Part shown: positions 56,555 through 64,000 of the stretch, piece after piece
Position numbering within the stretch: the first letter of the stretch is position 1
How the letters are laid out: each line of letters begins with the position of its first letter
Source of the DNA: Cyclobacteriaceae bacterium
Lineage (GTDB): Bacteria; Bacteroidota; Bacteroidia; Cytophagales; Cyclobacteriaceae
NCBI GenBank assembly: GCA_044226945.1
Contig: JBGAGB010000014.1
Span: forward strand, 194 to 64,193
Direction: 5' to 3'
Length of the DNA stretch: 64,000 nt
Made by a program: the position numbers and the translations under genes
The notes under the pieces: generated by a model
Databases searched by the model: none
What the model saw: the letters and a program-made list of their open reading frames with translations, nothing else
What the model was told of the DNA's origin: nothing

Positions 56555-58825
56555 ATGCTGCGCGAGTTAACCCAAGCCGTTCGTCACTTTTCCAAAAGGA
56601 AGGTCAATTTCACGATCATCGTCCTCAGCTTGGCCGCAGGATTTGCTTGCTCTTTTCTCCTCCTTTCTTTTCTCCTTTCTGAAAATCAGGTCGACCGGTT
56701 CCACGTCCGCAGCGAACGGACGTATCAAGTTGCCTCCAACAATCCGTTCGGGGGCGACGGCCATGTTGTGTATGGCATCGGGGGGCTCCCCAATTTCTTA
56801 GCTTCCAATTTTCCTGAAGTTGAATCTGCTTGCCAGGTGTCAAATGCAGACGGCTCCGAGATTGAGGTGAGCGCCGGAAGTTTTTCACCACTAGTGACCA
56901 TCAACGCGGACTCGAACTTCCTGCGGGTATTCGACTTCGGGATCGACGTCAAACGGTTTACACCCAACACTATCTTAGTTAGCAAAACGCTCGCGCTCAA
57001 GATATTCGGAACGGTCGATATTGAAAATCGCGATGTCGCGTGGCGATCGGCCGACACCACACGAACCCTTCGAATCGCCGGCATCTTTCAGCCCCTTGGT
57101 AAGAGTCATTTGGTCCCGGACGCTATCCGGTGGGGTAGTCCAAATGGTGGTGCCACGTATGTAGTGCTCAAGGAAGGAACCTCACCTCTAGCGTTTGCTT
57201 CCAAGGTCAACGCCGACTCCCTTCGGCCTACGATCCTCGGACCTGGGAAACTTTCTTACACCTTCCAACCACTACAAGAATCCTATCTCGATTCGACCAA
57301 TCGATTTGCTTTCATGCAAACCAGGAGTCGCTCATTTCTGCAAGTCGGATGGGTGGTCGCGATCGCTGTGTTGATCATTGCCTGCTTTAATTTTGTCAAC
57401 TTGACTTTACAATCGTGGCAAGAACGAACCACTCAAACAGGAATCAAGAAAACACTCGGCGTCTCTAGCCAAAGGTTATGGTTGGGAGCGCTTGTCGAAA
57501 TCGTCGCATTGGTTGGTGTTTCTTTTGCCCTCTCAATCGTCCTAATGTCGGCTGTTCTCCCGGCTTTCAACCAATTGGTAAAAAGTGACCTCACCATCGG
57601 CTCATTGCTGCAATCTGGTGTTGCAATCTGGATCGTCGCTGCAATGGCTCTAATCATTGTAGTGATTACGTTCGTCATCTTCATTTTTCAACGGCGCGTG
57701 GTCCCAATTCAACTGCTTCAACACAGGCTAGTCGCCCTCAAAGAGGGGCAAGTTCTTTTCACCTTACAGTTCGTCGTGGCTGTCACACTTTGCATTTGCG
57801 CCACTGTGATGATCAGGCAAATTCAATATTTGGAAGAAGAACCTTTAGGTTTCAACCGAAACTTGTTGCAAATCGCGCCGCCCCCGGGTCGACAGGATTT
57901 GTTACCAGCCTTGAAAGATCAACTCCTTCAATCGAGCTACGTCGATCATGTCGCACTGTCGGAAGGAAACCCGATTTCGGGAAATATGATTGCTCGATAT
58001 GAATTGGAAGACGGGAATGTCTTCACCCCGTATCTGTTTCAAGGCGACGAGGACCTTTTGCCAACTTTGAAACTCAGTTCTGTGGAGGGATCTGTTGAAC
58101 TCAACGACACCACCGATGTGTTGGTGAACGAGACGCTCGTTCGGCAATTTGCGATGGTCTCACCTGTTGGACAGATCATACCCGGCACGCGGCAACGGAT
58201 CACGGGCGTGGTGAAAGACTTTATGTGCTCATCGTTTAAGCAACAAGTACCTCCAGTGATCATTTCATACCAACCGCACGCCAAGTTGGCGCTGGTCGAC
58301 TACAGTGGAAAGGAACTCAAGGCAATCTTACCGAGCGTACGGTACGCATGGCAAACCGTCTACGGCAACAGCTACATGGCCGTTCATGTCTTGCAAGACG
58401 ACTTAATGAAAAAATACTCGGACGAAACGATGCTATTCCAGGTTGTCATCGCAACCTCGATCGTCAGTATCGTGCTTTCTTGTTTTGGATTGTTTGCCAT
58501 GTCCATTTCGGTGATCCGTCGACGCCGTCGCGAAATGGGAATTAGGAAGGTGTTGGGTGCGATGGCCACCGATGTGGTGTGGATTCTGAGCACCAGTTTC
58601 TTCAAGCGTGCAAGCATCGCCTTCGTGCTTGCGGCCCCAGTTGCCTTCTACCTCATGAACGAATGGCTCGCTCGATTTGCTTATCGAGTTTCGATCGATG
58701 GGCGTGAGTTTCTGCTAAGTGGCGTTACTATGGTATTGGTAGTCGTTGCAACCTTGGTGGTGCAAACTGTTCGGGCCGCTCGTGTAAACCCAGTGGACGA
58801 AATTAAAGATTTGCACCAGCGTTGA
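56555..58825 (+). CDS. ABC transporter permease, MacB/FtsX family
   Basis: N-terminal TM, a large periplasmic domain, and two 4-TM FtsX modules. Start at ATG 56555, downstream of a near-consensus -7 box TGGATTTG. Confidence 0.85.
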   Translation: MLRELTQAVRHFSKRKVNFTIIVLSLAAGFACSFLLLSFLLSENQVDRFHVRSERTYQVASNNPFGGDGHVVYGIGGLPNFLASNFPEVESACQVSNADGSEIEVSAGSFSPLVTINADSNFLRVFDFGIDVKRFTPNTILVSKTLALKIFGTVDIENRDVAWRSADTTRTLRIAGIFQPLGKSHLVPDAIRWGSPNGGATYVVLKEGTSPLAFASKVNADSLRPTILGPGKLSYTFQPLQESYLDSTNRFAFMQTRSRSFLQVGWVVAIAVLIIACFNFVNLTLQSWQERTTQTGIKKTLGVSSQRLWLGALVEIVALVGVSFALSIVLMSAVLPAFNQLVKSDLTIGSLLQSGVAIWIVAAMALIIVVITFVIFIFQRRVVPIQLLQHRLVALKEGQVLFTLQFVVAVTLCICATVMIRQIQYLEEEPLGFNRNLLQIAPPPGRQDLLPALKDQLLQSSYVDHVALSEGNPISGNMIARYELEDGNVFTPYLFQGDEDLLPTLKLSSVEGSVELNDTTDVLVNETLVRQFAMVSPVGQIIPGTRQRITGVVKDFMCSSFKQQVPPVIISYQPHAKLALVDYSGKELKAILPSVRYAWQTVYGNSYMAVHVLQDDLMKKYSDETMLFQVVIATSIVSIVLSCFGLFAMSISVIRRRRREMGIRKVLGAMATDVVWILSTSFFKRASIAFVLAAPVAFYLMNEWLARFAYRVSIDGREFLLSGVTMVLVVVATLVVQTVRAARVNPVDEIKDLHQR

Positions 58826-58907
58826 TCTGTCGCGAAATTGATGCTCTCGCTGGCAATCGGTTGCAGCATTTTTGTCTTACATTCATTCACCGAAATCCCC
58901 GAAAGAT

Positions 58908-60011
58908 ATGCGAACCTTGTTCACCGCCGTCTGCTTGATCCTTACTTCCACGCTGGCGCTAGCCGCAGGAGACCCTGAAACGCTGGCCATCGGCTCGAAA
59001 GCTATCGACTTCTCGCTCCCAGGTGTTGACGGAAAAATGTACTCGTTGAAAGATTTCGAGAAATCGAAGATCCTATTGATCGTTTTCACTTGCAATCATT
59101 GTCCAACGGCCCAAGCTTACGAAGAGCGCATCAAAAGTCTGACATCCGACTATCAATCGAAAGGTGTCGCCGTGGTGGCGATCTCACCCAACGACCCGAT
59201 CTCGGTACGCTTAGACGAGATGGGCTACACCGATCTCGGCGACAGCTTCGAAGAAATGAGAATTCGCGCAAAGGACCGTGCATTCAATTTTCCCTATCTC
59301 TACGACGGTCGGGACTCAGAAATATCAAAAATGTATGGTCCGCAAGCCACACCTCACGTGTTCATCTTCGACAAAGATCGCATGCTTCGCTACACGGGAA
59401 GAATTGACGATGGTGAGAAGCCTGGATCCGCTAAAGTGCACGACACACGCAACGCCCTAGATGCCTTGCTCGCAGACAAACCCGTGCCCGTCGAAAAAAC
59501 CAAAACTTTCGGTTGCTCCATCAAATGGCCTGACAAACGTGATTATGCAGCTAAAGCGGTGGAAGAATGGGCGAAAGAACCAGTCACGATCGAAGAACTA
59601 AAGATTGAAGACTTAAATGCGATTCTGGCGAACAAAACCCAAGACTATAAGTTGATCAACGTGTGGGCAACTTGGTGCGGTCCATGTGTGGCGGAGTTCC
59701 CCGATTTCGTCAACATGAATAGAATGTATCGGAACCGTGAGTTCGAGTTGATCACGATTAGCATGGACGAGCTCGATCGTAAAAAGAACGCCTTAAACTT
59801 CCTCACCAAAAAACAAGCGTCCTCGAAAAACTACATCCTGAACGGCAACAAGTACAAATTCATCGAAGCCCTCGATAAAAAATGGCAGGGTTCTCTCCCT
59901 TACACGCTGTTGATCGCCCCCGGCGGAAAGGTATTGTACTCACAAGCTGGCACGATCGATCCCCTTGCGATGAAGAAACTGATCGCGGATTCGATAGGAA
60001 GAATTTATTAA
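58908..60011 (+). CDS. two-domain thioredoxin-fold thiol:disulfide oxidoreductase
   Basis: Signal peptide. The first redoxin-like domain has CNHC (FTCNHCP). The second, TlpA-like domain has WCGPC (WATWCGPCVAEFP). Confidence 0.8.
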   Translation: MRTLFTAVCLILTSTLALAAGDPETLAIGSKAIDFSLPGVDGKMYSLKDFEKSKILLIVFTCNHCPTAQAYEERIKSLTSDYQSKGVAVVAISPNDPISVRLDEMGYTDLGDSFEEMRIRAKDRAFNFPYLYDGRDSEISKMYGPQATPHVFIFDKDRMLRYTGRIDDGEKPGSAKVHDTRNALDALLADKPVPVEKTKTFGCSIKWPDKRDYAAKAVEEWAKEPVTIEELKIEDLNAILANKTQDYKLINVWATWCGPCVAEFPDFVNMNRMYRNREFELITISMDELDRKKNALNFLTKKQASSKNYILNGNKYKFIEALDKKWQGSLPYTLLIAPGGKVLYSQAGTIDPLAMKKLIADSIGRIY

Positions 60012-60059
60012 ATTAAGAATTAAGAATTTAGAATTTGGAATTTGGAATTTGGAATTAAG
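60011..60059. repeat. heptad microsatellite, 7 units (AATTAAG/AATTTGG)
   Basis: AATTAAG AATTAAG AATTTAG AATTTGG AATTTGG AATTTGG AATTAAG. It starts on the last base of the upstream stop codon and fills most of the 64-nt convergent spacer. Confidence 0.9.
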
Positions 60060-60075
60060 GCTGGGTTGATTGAAG

Positions 60076-60741
60076 TCAATTGTTCTGTAGTTTCAGCGCG
60101 CCGCGGTAAAACACCCAGGCCGCCAATGCCATCACCACATGACTGATGTCGAGATAATTGAACCACGTGTGAAGGGATAGCTTGTTCATGAAGATCAATG
60201 CGGCGCAGCTGGCAATGAGCACTGCCAATATGATCGTAGAGCTGCCTTTGTCACGGGTGCGGTACCACACGAAGAAATGAAACGGCAGCACGACTCCCAA
60301 AAGGCCGTAACCGGAGTGAAATTCCACCCAACGAAAATCCAACGTCGTCATGGTCACAGTCATGATAGTGGCAAGTTCAACAAGGTTCAACACCAGAAAG
60401 AAAATACCCACCTTGGGGCTGACCAATTTTTTGGCATGCTCGATGGATGAACGCTCGATCAATGCCACCGACAGCATGCTGACGATCCATCCTGGTAGCT
60501 TCCACGCAAATGATAGCGCATATAAAAATCCGTGACCAATCAATCCCCCTAACGAAGTGGCTAGTGCCATCAACAAAAAGTAGCCTCGAAAATAAAGTTG
60601 CGTTCGGCCCGGGAGCTGAGCCTTTTGCAATTGCCAGAACGCAAAGAAACAGACCGCCGACACCAGTAAGTCGGTCGCGGTGGTCATCGGCTCGTCGATG
60701 CGAATTCCAAAAAGATCGATAGACGGCTGAGGCGTGATCAT
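60076..60741 (-). CDS. hypothetical 7-TM membrane protein
   Basis: Seven predicted hydrophobic helices, 6 nt downstream of rmuC. No motif recognised. Confidence 0.5.
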   Translation of the reverse strand: MITPQPSIDLFGIRIDEPMTTATDLLVSAVCFFAFWQLQKAQLPGRTQLYFRGYFLLMALATSLGGLIGHGFLYALSFAWKLPGWIVSMLSVALIERSSIEHAKKLVSPKVGIFFLVLNLVELATIMTVTMTTLDFRWVEFHSGYGLLGVVLPFHFFVWYRTRDKGSSTIILAVLIASCAALIFMNKLSLHTWFNYLDISHVVMALAAWVFYRGALKLQNN

Positions 60742-60747
60742 TTTAGT

Positions 60748-62052
60748 TTATGGACTAAATAAATCTCCTTGATCGTCGGAGCGGCGCAGCAACTTGGCAT
60801 CAATACTCTTAGTGGCCCGCGCCCCCAACTTCTTCAATTCTTCTACCTTCACTACGAGATTGCCACCGCCAGCAGACAGTTTCTTCATAGACTCGTCGTA
60901 CAAACGCTTCGCCGTGTTCATCGACTCGCCCACTTTCAACAAATCGTCTGTAAACCCGACAAATTTATCGTACAGGTCGCCGGCCTTAGTGGCAATATCC
61001 AAAACGTGGCGATTTTGATATTCTTGCTTCCAAACGTTCTTAATAAGTTGTAAGGACGGGATCAGCAACGTCGGGCTTACAAACACGATCCTTCGTTCCA
61101 GTGCCTCTTCATACAGGGCGGGTTCGGTCTGTATCGCCATAATGTACGCGGGCTCGATTGGAATGAACATGATGATAAAATCGAGCCCATTCTCTGAAAG
61201 GGAATGATAATTTTTCTCAGCCAGGCTCTTCATGTGCTGGCGGATCGAGAGCAAATGAGCCTTCAGGGCAACTTCTTTTTCCGCCTCATTGGCAGCGTTG
61301 ACAAAACGATTGTAAGCATTGAGCGACACTTTGGAATCGATCACCACATGGCGACCTTCCGGCAAACGAACGATCACATCGGGGCGCCTTCGGCCTTCGT
61401 CGGTAAGAAAAGTTTCTTGAATGGTGTACTCCCGGTCGCGCTCCAAACCCGATTTCTCCAAGATGCTTTCTAGGATAAATTCACCCCAGGCGCCTTGTGC
61501 CTGCGTATCGCCTTTGAGCGCCCGAGTCAAGTTCTCGGCTTCACGCGCCATCTGGAGGCCTAGCCGCTGCACGCCGTCAATCTGCTCGCGCAAAGCGGAA
61601 TTCCTCGCGATCGAATCCTTATGCGTTTCTTCTACCTTTTTTTCGAATTCCACGATCTTCTCGCCCAACGGTCGGAGCAAGTCGAAGAGGTTGGACTTAT
61701 TCTGTTCGGTGAATTTTCTCGTCTTCTCCTCAAAAATGTCGTTTGCGAGGCTTTTGAATTGCAAGGCGAAACGCTCTTGGAGGGATGTCACCTCAAGTTT
61801 GCGCTCCTCCAGTTTCTCCTCTAAGTTTCGATAGTCGGCTTCGGTGGCAGCAAGGCTGTTTGTCAATTCAAGCACTTTTGCACGTTCGATTTCCAGTTCG
61901 CGGCGTAGCTCCTTGGCCGATTCTATAAGGGCTTTGTTCTTCTCTTCTTCCGCTAACGCGCGCGCACGTGCATCGCGATCGGACCCGCGGCCTACAATCC
62001 AGCCAATCAATAATCCGATCACCGCGGCACCGATAACCAATGCAATTTCCAT
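60748..62052 (-). CDS. rmuC: DNA recombination protein RmuC
   Basis: N-terminal TM, a long coiled coil, and a C-terminal RmuC nuclease-like domain (RPDVIVRLPEGRHVVIDSK...FIPIEPA). Start at ATG 62052. Confidence 0.88.
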   Translation of the reverse strand: MEIALVIGAAVIGLLIGWIVGRGSDRDARARALAEEEKNKALIESAKELRRELEIERAKVLELTNSLAATEADYRNLEEKLEERKLEVTSLQERFALQFKSLANDIFEEKTRKFTEQNKSNLFDLLRPLGEKIVEFEKKVEETHKDSIARNSALREQIDGVQRLGLQMAREAENLTRALKGDTQAQGAWGEFILESILEKSGLERDREYTIQETFLTDEGRRRPDVIVRLPEGRHVVIDSKVSLNAYNRFVNAANEAEKEVALKAHLLSIRQHMKSLAEKNYHSLSENGLDFIIMFIPIEPAYIMAIQTEPALYEEALERRIVFVSPTLLIPSLQLIKNVWKQEYQNRHVLDIATKAGDLYDKFVGFTDDLLKVGESMNTAKRLYDESMKKLSAGGGNLVVKVEELKKLGARATKSIDAKLLRRSDDQGDLFSP

Positions 62053-62057
62053 CGCCA

Positions 62058-62065
62058 CAAAGGTA
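62058..62065 (-). promoter_or_regulatory. candidate -7 promoter box abutting the rmuC start codon
   Basis: The minus strand reads TACCTTTG (perfect TAnnTTTG). 5 nt separate it from the ATG at 62052. Confidence 0.45.
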
Positions 62066-62177
62066 ATCCGAAACGGCAAACGATACTCCGGGAAACCCCT
62101 GATGGTTAAATACCATCTGCTAGGTATGGGGTAAAAGGACAGTTCTGGGGTACTTGCACCGACACCCATCCATCACT

Positions 62178-64000
62178 ATGAAACAAATTTTCGCCCTCAC
62201 ACTGCTACTCGCTGTGGCGGGAACCGCATTTGCACAAAACATGGTCGCAGAAGAGTTCTACAAAAAAGGAAAGGAGCTCTACGACAACGACAAGTATGAC
62301 GATGCGATCACGCCCTTGAAGCGCGCCGTTACCCTCTCAAAAGAGTATCCCGACGCAACCTACTACTTGGGTCTATGCTACAAGTACACGAGTAAGTATG
62401 AAGATGCCGTTGAACAATTTGAACGACTCGAGAAGATGAGCCCCGATTACTGGGCCTGGTATCTCTACGAAGCAGGTGATGCCAATTTACAACTCGGGAA
62501 ATACGACGAGGCCATCGCGAGTTTCGATAAGTTCCTGACCAAGTTCCCAAAGGATGCTACGCGAACCATTTACCACCATCAGGCGCGGTATAAAAAGCTC
62601 TACGCGGAAGGGCGAAAAATATTGCTCAACGAGCCGAGTACGATGAAGGAACCGGTAATTTTCTCGCCGACCGTGTCGAGTGCCTACGACGACTATATGC
62701 CGAACTCCGATCCAACGGGAAAGACTTTGTACTTCACATCGAAACGCGTTGGTGGAATTACGATGGAAGCTCCCGATGCGAAGTCAGGAGATGAAGACAT
62801 TTACCAAACTGAACTTGTGAACGGCGCCTGGTCAACTCCCAAGTTGCTCCCCGCTCCGATTAACTCACCGAATCACGAAGGTGCGAGTGCCTTTTCAGCC
62901 GATGGTCAAACTGTAGTCTACACCGGCTGCGACCGTGACGGCGGTGTAGGCGGCTGCGACCTTTACATCATGCACCTCGAGGGTTCACAATGGTCGCAAC
63001 CCGAAAACTTGGGTAATGTGGTGAACTCCAAAGTGTGGGACAGCCAACCAACGATCTCCGCAGATGGGAATCGTATCATCTTCGCGTCTGAAAGACCGGG
63101 AGGCTACGGCAGCGAAGATCTATATATGATCGAACGAAACGTGTTCGGTGAATGGGGCCCTCCCCAAAACCTCGGTGGTGTGGTCAACACACCATTTATG
63201 GATATCTCACCTTACTTGAGCCCTGACGGAAAAACACTATACTTCTCTTCCACCGGACATCCCGGATTTGGAGGCAGCGACCTTTTCAAAACGGTGTACG
63301 AAAACGGCAAGTGGAGCAATCCCGTCAACATGGGAAAACCTCTCAACACATCAGGTAACGATCGCTACTTCACCATCGGAGGATCTGGCGAGGTTGGATA
63401 TCTGGCGAGCGACCGCGGTGGCCAAGGGCTCAAGCTTTACTCGGTGGAAATTCCAGCCGACATGCGACCCACTCCTACCGTGATTGTCTCCGGCACCGTC
63501 ACCAACGCAAAGACAAGCGAAAAAGTAGGCGCATACCTCATCGTAGAAGATCTGAACTCCGGCGAATTGATTGCTGTGAGCAAGAGCAACTCCGTGACAG
63601 GGAAATACCTCGTCGTGCTCCCATCAGGAAGAAACTACTCGGTGTCTGCCAACAAAGAAGCGTTCTTCTTCTTCTCCAGCAGCTTCAATGTTCCTGAAAA
63701 CGCCCGTTACCAAGAGATCACGAAAGACATCGCGCTGAAGCCCATTGAAAAGGGTGCGAAAGTGGTCTTGAACAATATCTTCTTCGAGACAGGCAAGGCA
63801 ACGCTTTCACCGGAAAGCCGACTCGAATTGGAGAAAGCAATTGAGCTTATGAAAAAGAATCCCTCGATGATCATTGAGGTGGGTGGACACACCGACAACG
63901 TAGGCGAAGATGCCGCAAACATGAAGTTGTCGACCGAACGTGCGAAGTCAGTACGAGACTATTTGGTAAAAGGTGGCATCGTCGGAACTCGAATTCAAGC
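62178..64000 (+). CDS. TPR + PD40/WD40-like (TolB-type) repeats + OmpA-family C-terminal domain protein, 3' end outside the window
   Basis: Missing from the ORF track because no stop is reached. My translation runs open from ATG 62178. It has signal peptide MKQIFALTLLLAVAGTAFAQ, TPR units, repeated P.NS...E...S.DG..L(Y/V)F motifs, and an OmpA-like motif NNIFFETGKATL...GHTDNVG...N..LS..RA. Confidence 0.85.
   Translation, partial: MKQIFALTLLLAVAGTAFAQNMVAEEFYKKGKELYDNDKYDDAITPLKRAVTLSKEYPDATYYLGLCYKYTSKYEDAVEQFERLEKMSPDYWAWYLYEAGDANLQLGKYDEAIASFDKFLTKFPKDATRTIYHHQARYKKLYAEGRKILLNEPSTMKEPVIFSPTVSSAYDDYMPNSDPTGKTLYFTSKRVGGITMEAPDAKSGDEDIYQTELVNGAWSTPKLLPAPINSPNHEGASAFSADGQTVVYTGCDRDGGVGGCDLYIMHLEGSQWSQPENLGNVVNSKVWDSQPTISADGNRIIFASERPGGYGSEDLYMIERNVFGEWGPPQNLGGVVNTPFMDISPYLSPDGKTLYFSSTGHPGFGGSDLFKTVYENGKWSNPVNMGKPLNTSGNDRYFTIGGSGEVGYLASDRGGQGLKLYSVEIPADMRPTPTVIVSGTVTNAKTSEKVGAYLIVEDLNSGELIAVSKSNSVTGKYLVVLPSGRNYSVSANKEAFFFFSSSFNVPENARYQEITKDIALKPIEKGAKVVLNNIFFETGKATLSPESRLELEKAIELMKKNPSMIIEVGGHTDNVGEDAANMKLSTERAKSVRDYLVKGGIVGTRIQ

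Noticed and set aside
1-64000. Search for mobile elements, prophage, restriction-modification, toxin-antitoxin or other defence islands
   Set aside because: I saw no transposase, integrase, phage structural, methylase/endonuclease or small paired toxin-antitoxin ORFs. I also saw no inverted terminal repeats or tRNA-flanked islands. Apart from 42155-43807, the window looks like core genome.

Overview
This is a densely packed, mostly housekeeping chromosomal segment. It looks like a Bacteroidota genome (Cytophagia/Flavobacteriia-like). The evidence is a T9SS-type C-terminal sorting tail, the rpmB-rpmG-DUF4295 trio, bshC, and recurrent TAnnTTTG -7 promoter boxes. I assign about 57 protein genes.

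Confident calls include ileS-lspA, glyQS, murF, ftsY, rimO, bshC, aguA-aguB, mnmD, ispF, rmuC and dgt. There are also two GMC oxidoreductases, three two-component systems, an RND/MMPL exporter, a CPA2 antiporter with a Usp partner, and a MacB/FtsX permease.

Two real genes are missing from the supplied ORF track. One is a 51-aa DUF4295-like gene (36285-36440). The other is an open-ended TPR/PD40/OmpA gene (62178 to the window end).

I found no rRNA, tRNA, CRISPR array, transposase, integrase, or recognisable defence or toxin-antitoxin module. I do not see a clear-cut novel multi-gene system.

The observations most worth a second look are:
1. The only large intergenic gap (43163-43807) holds a 3.4-copy tandem array of a 160-169 bp non-coding unit with nested heptad microsatellites. 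It lies next to an orphan membrane-anchored coiled-coil ORF.
2. A perfect 41-bp tandem duplication frameshifts a DUF3857/transglutaminase-like/DUF3858-type gene.
3. A translationally coupled operon (amidohydrolase, SAM methyltransferase, B12-radical-SAM enzyme) is divergent from two glycosyltransferases.
4. Heptad (nnnTTGG / CCAAnnn) microsatellites recur in several intergenic spacers.
5. Several perfect -7 promoter boxes sit only 5-7 nt from start codons, implying leaderless mRNAs.
6. glyQS appears to lack the conserved N-terminal block.

All functional calls come from motif recognition by eye. No database search was run.
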